Shown piece by piece: positions 51,496 to 61,536 of a stretch of DNA of 64,000 bases; the stretch's first letter is position 1, and each line of letters starts with the position of its first letter. Source of the stretch: a virus; the IMG/VR virus record IMGVR_UViG_3300020477_001447, positions 36,744 to 100,743 of that record, one strand, 5' to 3'. The notes beneath the pieces were generated by a model that saw nothing but the letters and a program-made list of their open reading frames with translations, made no database searches and was not told the DNA's origin. A program made the position numbers and the translations under genes.

Positions 51496-54400
51496 ATGAT
51501 TAAAATTGCCCACGCTGCCGACATTCACATTAAAAATTTAAAGTACCACTGGGAATACAACCAGATTTTTGAAAAGATGTACCAACATCTTCGCGATGAA
51601 GAAGTTGATTACATTTATATTGGGGGCGACATTGCCCACACAAAGACACAAATCTCTCCAGAGTTTGTAGATATGTGTTCGAAGTTTTTATCAACTCTTG
51701 CTGATATTGCTCCAACTGTTGTGATTCTTGGTAATCACGATGGGAACTTAAAGAACTCATCCAGGCAGGACGCAATCACGCCCATTGTTGAAGCACTAGA
51801 GCATCCAAACCTTCACCTACTCAAGGATTCCGGAGAGTTTACATTAGATAACAAGGTTGTTTTCAATGTACTGTCTGTATTTGATGAAGACAATTGGGTT
51901 AATCCATCTGATGATGAGAAGATTAATATCGCCCTGTATCATGGATCGGTCTCTGGTGTACAAACGGACGCTGGTTGGGTTATGGACTATGGCGATCACG
52001 ATGTTTCTATTTTTGCCGGCCATGATTATGCCATGCTTGGTGATATTCACAAGACAAATCAAATTCTTGATGAAGACGGTCGCGTGCGCTATTCCGGATC
52101 AATTGTACAGCAGAACCACGGTGAAACAAATGATAAGGGCTTTTTAATTTGGGAAATTGAGAACAAGAATGATTTTACTGTTCGACATGTTGAACTGAAA
52201 AACCCTAAGCCCTTTATTACGATTGAATTGACGCGAAAGGGACGAATGCCCCGCGGAGCCACTGTCCCCCCAGGCGCACGCCTACGTCTAGTTTCGAACA
52301 ACAATTTGCCCCTAGAAGCTATGCGCCGAGCCGTCGAGGTCGCGAAACACAGGTTTGCCCCAGAAAGTATTAGCTTCTTGAATAGAGCTGCTGGCGAACG
52401 TGGCACAGTTGAGGGAGCATCTACAAACCTAATTAAAGAGAACCTCAGAGATGTCTCTGTACAAGAGAAGTTTATACGCGAGTATCTTAAGGACTATGAA
52501 GCGTCGGAAGAGGTGATGGAAAAGGTCCTTGAACTAAATCGCAAATATAACACTATGGCCGAAGCAGGCGAAGAAATTTCAAGAAATGTTAATTGGAAAT
52601 TGAAAAGCTTTAAGTGGGACAATTTGTTTAATTATGGTGAATCGAACAAGGTTAATTTTGAGAAATTAAATGGTATTGTTGGTATTTTTGGTAAGAACTA
52701 TTCTGGAAAGTCTAGTGTTATCGATAGCTTACTTTACACAATGTTCAATTCTACGTCAAAGAACGAAAGAAAGAATTTGAACATAATCAATCAAAATAAA
52801 GATTATGGCCACGGCACAGTTGAGATTGAAATTGGAGATCGCTGCTATACTATTGATCGTAGATCGGAAAAGTATATAAAAAAGCTTAAGGGGCAAGAGA
52901 CCACTGAAGCAAAAACGGATTTAGACTTCTCTTCATACAACAAGGTATTAGAAGAAAGCTGCAGCCAAAACGGTCTGACAAGGATGGAAACAGATAAGAA
53001 GATCCGAAAGGTTTTTGGTTCTTTGGATGACTTTCTTCTTACATCGATGGCATCTCAGCTAGACTCTCTGTCCTTCATTAAAGAAGGTTCTACAAAGCGT
53101 AAAGAAATTTTAGCGAAGTTCTTGGATCTAGAGATCTTTGAAAAGAAGTTTAAATTTGCAAAAGAAGATGCTTCTGACTTGCGAGGGGCTCTGAAGAGGC
53201 TCTCCGATAAAGAATACGATGAGGGTATTGAAAGATCAGAGGAAGAACTTAGGTTAAATGAAAAGTCCTTGAAAAAGCAACAGGATATTTGTACGAATCT
53301 TAAGGCGAATATAGAGAATAAGGAATCGCAGATTGTGCAGTTGGAAGATAAGATAGCTTCTATACCTGCTGAGGTAATTGACTTTTTAACTGTTAGCAAT
53401 CAGAGTGAAGATAAGCAGTCGCAAAAAGCGTTGTTGCAAGAAAAGATAGAGGAAAATAAAAAGAAAATCTTAGACTGCGAATCCACGCTAACTTACATTA
53501 ATGAGTTCTTGAGCGATTTTGATGTTGATAATCTAAGCAACAAAGAACGTGAAGTAGAAGAACAAAGACAGCAGCTAGCAGAGATTGTTCAAAAGGCCCG
53601 AGACGAAGAGAAGGACATTAACAACAAAAAGAATAAGCTAGCATTGTTGGACGAGGTACCTTGCGGTAACGAATATCCTATGTGCAAGTTCATTCGCGAT
53701 GCTCATCGAGCTAAGAAGGCTATTCCAACATTGCAAGACGGATTGAATAAAACTCTTGTGAGAGCTAGGACTACAAAAGAAAAGATAGATATATTAAATC
53801 CGGATGGTATTTCGGACATGAGAAGTACATATTCAGATGTACTTTTTCACAAGAACGAGCTAGAGAACCGGATAAAGGATTACACGCTTTTTATGGAAAG
53901 AACGAATACAGATATTCTTTCTTTAAGTTCCGAGATCGAAGCATTAAATCTTAAGATTAAAGAATATGAAGACAACCGAGAGGTTATTGAAAATCTAGAG
54001 ACTTTAGCTGCTGAAAAGAAAACTTTAAATCGTGAACTGGAAGATCACAGGACAGACTTGGCACAATGCGATGTTGAGGTTATGGAGCTTTACAAGTTAC
54101 ACGGTTCTTTGGAGCAGAGGTTGCAAAATCTTAAATTGCAAAAAGCAGAGCTACAGACTCTCCGAGAAGAGTTTTCGGCCCATGATCTTTACATGAGGTG
54201 CATGCATTCGAATGGGATTGCTTATGATATCATTAAGAAGCAGCTCCCGGCGATCAATAATGAAATTGCCAAAGTCCTAGCTAACATTGTTAACTTTGAA
54301 ATCTTTTTCGAAGACGACGGTCGGCGCTTAAATATCTTTATCAAGCACCCGTCGCATGATGCTCGACCACTAGAGATGGGCTCCGGAGCAGAGAAGACTA

Positions 54401-54651
54401 TTGCTTCGATGGCTATCAGGCTAGCTCTCTTGTCTGTTTCCAGTTTGCCGAAGGGTGATATCTTTATTCTTGATGAGCCCGGTACTGCTTTGGATGAAGA
54501 CAATATGGAAGGTTTTGTGAGAATCTTGGAGCTTGTTAAGTCCTACTTTAAAACAGTCCTTTTGATATCTCACTTGGATAGTCTAAAGGATTGTGTAGAT
54601 ACTCAGATAACTATTGAAAAAACAAACGGTTATGCTCATGTAAATTTCTAA
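51496..54651 (+). CDS. Fused Mre11/SbcD nuclease - Rad50/SbcC ATPase (gp47-gp46 fusion)
   Basis: Phosphoesterase motifs ADIH, GGDIAH, LGNHD, LGDIHK. Walker A GKNYSGKSS, long coiled coil, Walker B FILDEPG, LISH. Likely start is ATG 51496. Confidence 0.92.
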   Translation: MIKIAHAADIHIKNLKYHWEYNQIFEKMYQHLRDEEVDYIYIGGDIAHTKTQISPEFVDMCSKFLSTLADIAPTVVILGNHDGNLKNSSRQDAITPIVEALEHPNLHLLKDSGEFTLDNKVVFNVLSVFDEDNWVNPSDDEKINIALYHGSVSGVQTDAGWVMDYGDHDVSIFAGHDYAMLGDIHKTNQILDEDGRVRYSGSIVQQNHGETNDKGFLIWEIENKNDFTVRHVELKNPKPFITIELTRKGRMPRGATVPPGARLRLVSNNNLPLEAMRRAVEVAKHRFAPESISFLNRAAGERGTVEGASTNLIKENLRDVSVQEKFIREYLKDYEASEEVMEKVLELNRKYNTMAEAGEEISRNVNWKLKSFKWDNLFNYGESNKVNFEKLNGIVGIFGKNYSGKSSVIDSLLYTMFNSTSKNERKNLNIINQNKDYGHGTVEIEIGDRCYTIDRRSEKYIKKLKGQETTEAKTDLDFSSYNKVLEESCSQNGLTRMETDKKIRKVFGSLDDFLLTSMASQLDSLSFIKEGSTKRKEILAKFLDLEIFEKKFKFAKEDASDLRGALKRLSDKEYDEGIERSEEELRLNEKSLKKQQDICTNLKANIENKESQIVQLEDKIASIPAEVIDFLTVSNQSEDKQSQKALLQEKIEENKKKILDCESTLTYINEFLSDFDVDNLSNKEREVEEQRQQLAEIVQKARDEEKDINNKKNKLALLDEVPCGNEYPMCKFIRDAHRAKKAIPTLQDGLNKTLVRARTTKEKIDILNPDGISDMRSTYSDVLFHKNELENRIKDYTLFMERTNTDILSLSSEIEALNLKIKEYEDNREVIENLETLAAEKKTLNRELEDHRTDLAQCDVEVMELYKLHGSLEQRLQNLKLQKAELQTLREEFSAHDLYMRCMHSNGIAYDIIKKQLPAINNEIAKVLANIVNFEIFFEDDGRRLNIFIKHPSHDARPLEMGSGAEKTIASMAIRLALLSVSSLPKGDIFILDEPGTALDEDNMEGFVRILELVKSYFKTVLLISHLDSLKDCVDTQITIEKTNGYAHVNF

Positions 54652-54666
54652 ATCTTCTATAAATCA

Positions 54667-54673
54667 CTATTTA
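54667..54673 (+). promoter_or_regulatory. Putative late-promoter motif CTATTTA
   Basis: Intergenic, where the lysis/packaging genes resume after the replication genes. Confidence 0.55.
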
Positions 54674-54695
54674 CCTTATAAGGAGAGTGTTTTAT

Positions 54696-54878
54696 ATGAG
54701 ACACGTATTAGATAAATTTCTAGAGAAACTAGTATCAAGAAAGTTACTAGCATGGTTGACTGCAACAAGTCTTCTAATGTTTGCAGATTTAGATTCTTCT
54801 GATTGGGTTATAATCACTACAGTTTACATTGGTGGTCAAACTGTTGTTGACGCAGTGGCCAAACTCAAGGGTCACTAA
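54696..54878 (+). CDS. Putative holin
   Basis: 60 aa, SRKLLAWL motif, two hydrophobic segments, basic C-end; AGGAG 10 nt before ATG 54696. Confidence 0.6.
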   Translation: MRHVLDKFLEKLVSRKLLAWLTATSLLMFADLDSSDWVIITTVYIGGQTVVDAVAKLKGH

Positions 54879-55276
54879 TGTTAAAGTTGAAAAAAGCTTG
54901 GCTATGGTTTAAAAATCATTGGTATGTACCCTTTGTATTTTTACTGATTGTTTGTGCGTTTCTGTTGTTCCTTGTTACTCGCAACTCGATGTACATGGGG
55001 ACACTTTTGGATATGTTGGATTTATCCCAAAAAAATTATCAAAAAGAGAGAGATGTTTTAGATAAAATATCCAAAGAGGAACGAGAAAAAAGGGCTAAAA
55101 TTTTAGATGAGTACAATACTAAAGTTGAGGAACTTGAAAAGGAATATGAAGCCCGCGGCGAAAAATTAGCTGAAAAGAAAAAGAAGGAACTTAAAAAACT
55201 TGTAGAAGAGAGTTATACTGATCCTGAGTGGCTAGCTAAAGAGATAGCTAGACTATATGGACTTGAAAATGGCTAA
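54878..55276 (+). CDS. Membrane-anchored coiled-coil protein (i-spanin-like)
   Basis: N-terminal TM helix followed by a charged coiled coil; follows the holin-like gene. Confidence 0.5.
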   Translation: MLKLKKAWLWFKNHWYVPFVFLLIVCAFLLFLVTRNSMYMGTLLDMLDLSQKNYQKERDVLDKISKEEREKRAKILDEYNTKVEELEKEYEARGEKLAEKKKKELKKLVEESYTDPEWLAKEIARLYGLENG

Positions 55277-55712
55277 ACAGATATTAGCAAATATATTGAT
55301 AATCTTCTTTTTGTTTTCTTCTACAGCTATGGCTGCAGATATTGTTAATTTAAAAGAGGGTGACCCCGCACCATTTGAAGGGGTTTTACTGTCCAAAGAG
55401 GCTGCTGCCCAAATTATAATTGATAAAAAGTTTGAGGATCAAGAATGTGACCTTAAAGTAGAGTACGCACTCGAAATACAATCAGAAAGATATGAACTGC
55501 AATTGCAAACTAAAGACATATCTCTTCAGGCGGCAAACGATAGATACGAACAGATGATGATCCTTAAGACAACAGAGGTAGAGAACCTTAGAGAGATTGC
55601 ACTCAAGCCAAAGCCAGCAGATGGCCCTTGGCTCGTCGCACTTGGTTTTGGAATTGGCACCTTAACTTCTTTAGGCGTGTTCGCATTGTCGACAGAGATT
55701 GTATCCCAATGA
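55269..55712 (+). CDS. Exported coiled-coil protein with C-terminal TM helix (spanin-like?)
   Basis: Signal-peptide-like MAKQILANILIIFFLFSSTAMA/A, coiled coil, C-terminal WLVALGFGIGTLTSLGVFAL. Confidence 0.5.
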   Translation: MAKQILANILIIFFLFSSTAMAADIVNLKEGDPAPFEGVLLSKEAAAQIIIDKKFEDQECDLKVEYALEIQSERYELQLQTKDISLQAANDRYEQMMILKTTEVENLREIALKPKPADGPWLVALGFGIGTLTSLGVFALSTEIVSQ

Positions 55713-56095
55713 AAAAAGATCAAGATTATATTGTAAAAGTAGAAAAAGCTATCGCGCAAAAATACGGAGCCGATACGATACAAAATCCTCGCGGCAATTG
55801 GGACGAGGAGAAAGAAAAAGAATATCTACAACAACTTAAAGAAGAAACAAAGAAGAATAATCAATTTTTGGATAATAATGAGAAAGCTGAAACTGACGGC
55901 TTTTTTGTAAATAAAAAACTACTTACTAGAGATCATAACAGGACTTGTCCAGTTTGCAATGTTTATTCATTCAACAAGATGGATGATGCCTATATGGTTA
56001 AGTTTCAATGCTGCTTTAATTGCTATGTGCAATGGGTTGAGGAAAGAGAGGAGCGTTGGCTAAAAGGTTGGAGACCTAACAAAGAGGAAAAATAA
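55709..56095 (+). CDS. Hypothetical Zn-finger protein
   Basis: Likely ATG 55709; CPVC...CCFNC. Confidence 0.7.
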   Translation: MKKDQDYIVKVEKAIAQKYGADTIQNPRGNWDEEKEKEYLQQLKEETKKNNQFLDNNEKAETDGFFVNKKLLTRDHNRTCPVCNVYSFNKMDDAYMVKFQCCFNCYVQWVEEREERWLKGWRPNKEEK

Positions 56096-56096
56096 G

Positions 56097-56645
56097 ATGG
56101 CATCGACACTAGAAATTATACAAGGAATAGCTCAAGCTGCAGCAAATGCATACGATGGATCTCATGTTGAATCTATCGCGGCTGACGGACGCGCACGAAC
56201 AGTGGGGCTAAAAAGAGAAGAGGGTGACCTCATTAGGGACCGCCGTGTGATGGATGGATTTGGAATCCAGTTCCGTGGCGATCTTTTAAGAATCACATAT
56301 CAGGCAGAACTTCAGCTTAAAGAGGTTCACGGTAACGACTTTGAAAACGATATTGCTAGAATGCTCCAAAACATTGCACAGTTCCTCAAAAGAGAATACA
56401 AAGTAATTCGAAAAGAGAACCTTACTTTAACCAAGCAAGGTGATCCAGACATAATTGTACAAAAAATCTCTAACGTCAGAAGCGATGTACAGGCTTACTG
56501 CGACTATAAGATCGGAGGCTTAGGCGATGTACTCGGCGCTTCTGAGGCTTCTAGTGCTGATCGCCTAGATGATGCAATTAAAAACTTTTTATCTCAAGGT
56601 CACGAGGACGCAAAAAAGCCACAAAATGTAACACGCAAGGATTAA
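56097..56645 (+). CDS. Hypothetical protein
   Basis: ORF with GAGGA SD directly upstream of terminase. Confidence 0.7.
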   Translation: MASTLEIIQGIAQAAANAYDGSHVESIAADGRARTVGLKREEGDLIRDRRVMDGFGIQFRGDLLRITYQAELQLKEVHGNDFENDIARMLQNIAQFLKREYKVIRKENLTLTKQGDPDIIVQKISNVRSDVQAYCDYKIGGLGDVLGASEASSADRLDDAIKNFLSQGHEDAKKPQNVTRKD

Positions 56646-56657
56646 TTGCAAGGTGCA

Positions 56658-58244
56658 ATGTCTTATAGCCTGACCAAGAAACAAATTGTTAAAGAAGTAG
56701 TGAAGGCCGGTAAAGACCCGGTTTATTTTATAAATAACTATTGCAGAATTTCACACCCCCTAGAGGGCCTCGTTCCATTTAGCACTTATGATTATCAAGA
56801 TGATCTTTTAAAAGACTTTGAAGATTATCGATTCAATGTTGTATTAAAGGGACGCCAGCTTGGTATCTCAACAATTACTGCCGGCTATGTTGTCTGGATG
56901 ATGCTTTTTCATCGAGATAAGAATATCCTTGTGATGGCAACAAAGTTTAGTACAGCTGCAAACTTAGTAAAAAAAGTAAAATCAATAATGAGAACACTTC
57001 CAGAATGGATGCAGATCTCAAAGATATCGGTAGATAATAGAACATCGTTTGAATTACATAACGGATCCCAAATTAAAGCATCATCCACATCTTCAGACGC
57101 TGGTCGTTCTGAAGCCCTTTCCTTACTAGTGATTGATGAGGCCGCGCACGTTGAGGGCTTAGAAGAGTTGTGGACTGGTCTATATCCAACGCTATCAACC
57201 GGTGGACGCTGCATTGCTTTGTCGACTCCGAATGGTGTTGGTAACTGGTTTCATAAAACTTGTGTGGATGCAGGAAATGGGTCGAATGATTTTAAACTAA
57301 CAACTTTACCTTGGAGTGCGCACCCTGATCGCGATCAAGAGTGGTTTGAAAAAGAAACTAAAAACATGTCCCGCCGACAAATCGCGCAGGAACTTGAATG
57401 TAATTTCAATATGTCAGGGGAGACTGTAATTCACTCCGAGGATATGGAGAGGATGTTAGCCTCTGTATGTGAGCCAAAATATAGAACAGGACATGATCGC
57501 AACTATTGGATATGGGAAGAATACCAAAGCGAAGGCAGTTATCTATTAACAGCAGATATTGCCAGAGGTGATGGAAAAGACTTCTCCGCTTTTCACATAT
57601 TAAGATTAGATACGATGGAAATTATTGCAGAGTACCAAGGAAAGCCAACTCCTGATGCATATGCGGAAATATTATACAGTGCCGGCAACGAATACGGGAC
57701 TTGCATGATTGTTGGCGAAAACAACAATATTGGCTTTACAGTCCTTAACAAACTTATAGAAAGAGGGTATCCTAGCATATATCACTCAAAAAAGAGTAGC
57801 CATGAATATGTTGACAGTTATTCTGCAGAATTTCAGACCGGCGTCGTCCCCGGCTTCACAACGTCTGCAAAAACAAGACCTTTGGTTATAGCAAAGATGG
57901 AAGAGTTTATCAGAAACAAACTAATTAAAATAAATTCCAATCGTTTGCTAACTGAGCTGAAAACTTTTGTTTGGCAAAATGGCCGCCCACAGGCCATGAG
58001 AAGTTATAACGATGATTTAGTTATGTCTTTGGCGATTGGATGTTGGGTGAGAGATACTGTATTGATTGAGAATCAAAGGGATGTGGAGTACAATAAAGCT
58101 TTTTTGAATACCATATCTAAGAGCAATAGTGTAATAAGCACTACAATCCCTGGCATGCATGGACATAAAAGAATTGAGAAAACAAAACAAATGAACGAAG
58201 CTGCAAAAATTAATAAAGAATTTGTCTGGCTTCTTAAGGGTTAA
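56658..58244 (+). CDS. terL: Terminase large subunit (T4 gp17-like)
   Basis: YDYQ adenine-binding motif, Walker A KGRQLGIST, Walker B LLVIDEAAH, LSTPNG, QELEC, ADIARGDGKD, NDDLVMSLA. Confidence 0.96.
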   Translation: MSYSLTKKQIVKEVVKAGKDPVYFINNYCRISHPLEGLVPFSTYDYQDDLLKDFEDYRFNVVLKGRQLGISTITAGYVVWMMLFHRDKNILVMATKFSTAANLVKKVKSIMRTLPEWMQISKISVDNRTSFELHNGSQIKASSTSSDAGRSEALSLLVIDEAAHVEGLEELWTGLYPTLSTGGRCIALSTPNGVGNWFHKTCVDAGNGSNDFKLTTLPWSAHPDRDQEWFEKETKNMSRRQIAQELECNFNMSGETVIHSEDMERMLASVCEPKYRTGHDRNYWIWEEYQSEGSYLLTADIARGDGKDFSAFHILRLDTMEIIAEYQGKPTPDAYAEILYSAGNEYGTCMIVGENNNIGFTVLNKLIERGYPSIYHSKKSSHEYVDSYSAEFQTGVVPGFTTSAKTRPLVIAKMEEFIRNKLIKINSNRLLTELKTFVWQNGRPQAMRSYNDDLVMSLAIGCWVRDTVLIENQRDVEYNKAFLNTISKSNSVISTTIPGMHGHKRIEKTKQMNEAAKINKEFVWLLKG

Positions 58245-58249
58245 AAACG

Positions 58250-60202
58250 ATGGCACCTAAAAATAAAAATCCAAGAAATCCAAATTCCGTACTCTTCAAG
58301 AGACTTACTAGAATTTTTTCTGGACCTTTAGTAAACTATAGAGCACAATTTACAAGAGAAGAACGAAGAACTGATTTAGACAAATACCGAGCTAGACTTA
58401 AAACTACCGGCGGTCAGCAGTTCAAGAGATCTCACGATAACTACGGTCATAATTTAAATATGGCCAGCGATATGATGCGCAACCAAAACCGCGCAGATCG
58501 CTATATCGATTTCGACCAAATGGAATATACCCCAGAGGTTGCGTCAGCATTGGATATCTATGCTGATGAAATGACAACTTCAAACGAATACAATAAGATA
58601 TTATCAATTCACTGTCCGAATGAAGAAATTAAAGCTGTTTTAAACTCTCTGTTTTTTGATATATTAAATGTCGAGTTTAATCTTTTTGGTTGGGCGCGCA
58701 CCATGTGCAAGTACGGCGACTTCTTTTTATACCTCGACCTTGATGAAACAATGGGTGTACAAAGTTGCATCGGTCTCCCCGGCAACGAGATGGAGCGATT
58801 AGAGGGTCAAGACAAAACAAATGCAAATTATGTCCAATATCAGTGGAACTCTGCCGGCATGACTTTAGAAAACTGGCAGGTAGCGCACTTTAGAGTTCTA
58901 GGGAACGACAAGCACGCTCCATATGGCACATCCGTACTTGAGCCCGCCCGCCGGATTTGGCGCCAGCTTAACTTAATTGAAGACGCGATGTTGGCTTATC
59001 GTATTGTCCGCGCGCCAGCGCGCAGGGTTTTTAAGATTGATGTTGGTAATATTGCCCCACAAGATGTTGAGCAATACATGGAGAGAGTTAAAACTTCCAT
59101 GAAAAGAAATCAGATTATTGATGATACGACCGGTCGCGTAGACCTTAGATATAACCCGCTGTCATTAGAAGAGGATTATTTTATCCCTGTTCGTGGTGGT
59201 GTTGGTTCTGATATTATAACACTCCCTGGTGCAAACTCTTTAAACGATATCGATGATGTCAAATATATGAGAGATAAGTTATTCTCAGCTTTGAAGGTTC
59301 CGCAATCTTATCTAACAATGGGCGATGGTGCTTCTGAGGATAAGGCAAGCTTATCTCAAAAAGATATTAGGTTTGCAAGAACAATTCAGCGACTTCAAAG
59401 GATTATGGTTTCTGAGCTTGAAAAGATTGGTGTTGTGCATCTTTATACAATGGGCTATCGAGCACAAGATTTAATTTCATTTACTTTGCAACTGAATAAT
59501 CCGTCTAAGATTGCAGAACTGCAAGAGCTGGAACACCTTAAGACAAGGTTTGATATTGCAGCATCTGCAACAGAGGGCTTGTTTAGTAAACAGTGGATTG
59601 CTAGAAATATATTTAGTATGTCTGATGAAGAATTCTTAAGAAACCAAAGAGAGTCCTTTTACGATAGAAAGATTGCAGCCGCGCTAGAGTCTGTGACAGA
59701 GGATGGGCTGACACCAGAAGGTGCCCCAGGTGGTCCTCTCGGTGACTTAGGTCTAGGCGATGAGGATCCCGCATTGCCAGATCTACCAGAGGAACCTGAG
59801 ATCGCAGACGTTGAAGCTACTGCAGCTGCCGATGAAATCCCGGGAGCAGAACCGACAGCGGACGAAAGCCCACTCTTGGTTGCCCCTGGACGCCGCGATA
59901 CTGATGATGACAAATATTCTTTCCGCAATGATGGTTCTTATTTGACAAAGGGATCAAAGGGGAAACGATATAATCCGACCAGCGGAGATGGCCGTCGTTA
60001 CTCAAACAAGCGATCAGCTTTGGCTCAGTCAGGCAGAGAAAAAGGTCTTAATAATAAAAGAAATGTATTCCCAGGAGCATTGACGCTTCAAGAAATGTTT
60101 GAGTCCATGCCTCGTAAAGATGAAGAGGAAAACATTTTTCAGTTAAATAACGATATTAAGAAACTAATTACTGAGCTAGAAAGCAAAGAGACGGAGAAAT
60201 AA
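58250..60202 (+). CDS. gp20: Portal protein (T4 gp20-like)
   Basis: EDAMLAYRIVRAPARRVFKIDVGN, EEDYFIPVRG...TLPG, DDVKY...LFSALKVP, DIRFARTIQRLQ. Confidence 0.95.
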   Translation: MAPKNKNPRNPNSVLFKRLTRIFSGPLVNYRAQFTREERRTDLDKYRARLKTTGGQQFKRSHDNYGHNLNMASDMMRNQNRADRYIDFDQMEYTPEVASALDIYADEMTTSNEYNKILSIHCPNEEIKAVLNSLFFDILNVEFNLFGWARTMCKYGDFFLYLDLDETMGVQSCIGLPGNEMERLEGQDKTNANYVQYQWNSAGMTLENWQVAHFRVLGNDKHAPYGTSVLEPARRIWRQLNLIEDAMLAYRIVRAPARRVFKIDVGNIAPQDVEQYMERVKTSMKRNQIIDDTTGRVDLRYNPLSLEEDYFIPVRGGVGSDIITLPGANSLNDIDDVKYMRDKLFSALKVPQSYLTMGDGASEDKASLSQKDIRFARTIQRLQRIMVSELEKIGVVHLYTMGYRAQDLISFTLQLNNPSKIAELQELEHLKTRFDIAASATEGLFSKQWIARNIFSMSDEEFLRNQRESFYDRKIAAALESVTEDGLTPEGAPGGPLGDLGLGDEDPALPDLPEEPEIADVEATAAADEIPGAEPTADESPLLVAPGRRDTDDDKYSFRNDGSYLTKGSKGKRYNPTSGDGRRYSNKRSALAQSGREKGLNNKRNVFPGALTLQEMFESMPRKDEEENIFQLNNDIKKLITELESKETEK

Positions 60203-60205
60203 AAG

Positions 60206-61036
60206 ATGCGCGCAAGACACAATAAGAAAAGAAATACAGCTTTTCTTTATGAAATGCTTGTACGTCAATTGACGAAAGCAGTTTTGGAAAAAGATGACGC
60301 TTCCCGCGCCGAGTTGACTTCTTTAATCAAAGAACATTTTCATAAAAATGAAATTTTGGGCCGAGAGTTGAAGCATTATGAAGCACTTTTAGAGACTTCA
60401 AATTTAAAGTCGCGCGTGGCTACTAAGTTATTAAAAGAAGTTAAGACAGATTATAGTAAGCTAAATCAGGAGGAGATTTTTGAAAAACAAACTCGCTTGA
60501 TTAAGCAGATCAACAAGACTCTTTCAAAAGATATCTGGAATGTTTTTATTCCAAATTATAAATCTTTGGCGACAGTCTCTGCAATATTTAGCGACAACAC
60601 ATCAGCCAAACAACGAGTCCTCTTTGAAGAGATGGTTATAAATTCTATGAGTTCTGAAATAGAGAACACCGAAACCGAATCTCTTAAGCCAATTGATAAT
60701 ATTGTTTATCACTCTTTTGTTAAAAGCTTTAATGAAAAATATGGTGATCTTCATGAAGAACAAAAAGTTTTATTAAATAAATACATTGCGTCTTTTGCCG
60801 ATAATGGTTTAGATCTAAAAGTATTTTTAAATGAAGAGCTTGGGAGATTGAAGACTGAGTTATCAACTGCAATTGCAAGAGATGAGTTTATAGCAGATGC
60901 AGATATGGCAAAGAAAGCTATCAAAGTCACAGGCATGCTCGATGGTTTTAAAAGCTCCTCAATAAACGAAGTTTTAGTTAGCAAGGTTCTTAAAGTACAA
61001 GAGCTTGTTCGGGAGATCTACTCCGATGACAATTAA
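60206..61036 (+). CDS. Hypothetical helical protein (head module)
   Basis: GGAG SD; located between portal and prohead protease. Confidence 0.7.
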   Translation: MRARHNKKRNTAFLYEMLVRQLTKAVLEKDDASRAELTSLIKEHFHKNEILGRELKHYEALLETSNLKSRVATKLLKEVKTDYSKLNQEEIFEKQTRLIKQINKTLSKDIWNVFIPNYKSLATVSAIFSDNTSAKQRVLFEEMVINSMSSEIENTETESLKPIDNIVYHSFVKSFNEKYGDLHEEQKVLLNKYIASFADNGLDLKVFLNEELGRLKTELSTAIARDEFIADADMAKKAIKVTGMLDGFKSSSINEVLVSKVLKVQELVREIYSDDN

Positions 61037-61535
61037 AGTAGTCATTGACGATACTGATGCTACAGTATCTTTAAACGCTAGAAAGAGTCTAGACGGAAAT
61101 CTAATGATCTTTGATCATGATCAAATTGATATTGTTGTTATGCATGAAAAAAAGAAAGTTGTTGCTTTTCCAAAAACAGATGTAACAGAGGATGTGTACA
61201 CAACCCAAGATCGTCTTTTTAGTTTACTATCAAAGCGTGGAGTTATCTCACATGAGTCAGTACAATCTGGAAATATTTTCAACTCACTAGAGGGTGAAAT
61301 ATTGGAATCTAATTTTGCAAACTCACTACAGGCGGCAGTGTATGTTATTTCTGAGTTTATAACTACAGAAAAAGAAACACTTGATCGCGCTGAGAAATAT
61401 CAGGATGAAATTGAGAAGCATCTTGTCAATCCGGCAGACGAGCACTCTACGGAACTTGGAGAAGTCCCACAAGAACCAGAAAAGGGTTCCATCCGTCCTG
61501 GGTATTACTATACTCCGCTCAGATATCGATACTAG
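61026..61535 (+). CDS. Hypothetical protein
   Basis: ATG 61026 with GGGAG upstream; overlaps the upstream stop. Confidence 0.7.
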   Translation: MTIKVVIDDTDATVSLNARKSLDGNLMIFDHDQIDIVVMHEKKKVVAFPKTDVTEDVYTTQDRLFSLLSKRGVISHESVQSGNIFNSLEGEILESNFANSLQAAVYVISEFITTEKETLDRAEKYQDEIEKHLVNPADEHSTELGEVPQEPEKGSIRPGYYYTPLRYRY

Positions 61536-61536
61536 T

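Noticed and set aside
51496-54651. Giant eukaryotic virus origin suggested by the Mre11-Rad50 fusion and glycan genes
   Set aside because: T4-like terminase, portal, prohead protease, gp6/gp25, a sigma factor, SD motifs and bS21 indicate a tailed bacteriophage.
56658-60202. Introns/inteins in terminase or portal
   Set aside because: Both ORFs are continuous with expected motif spacing; no intein or homing endonuclease motifs seen.
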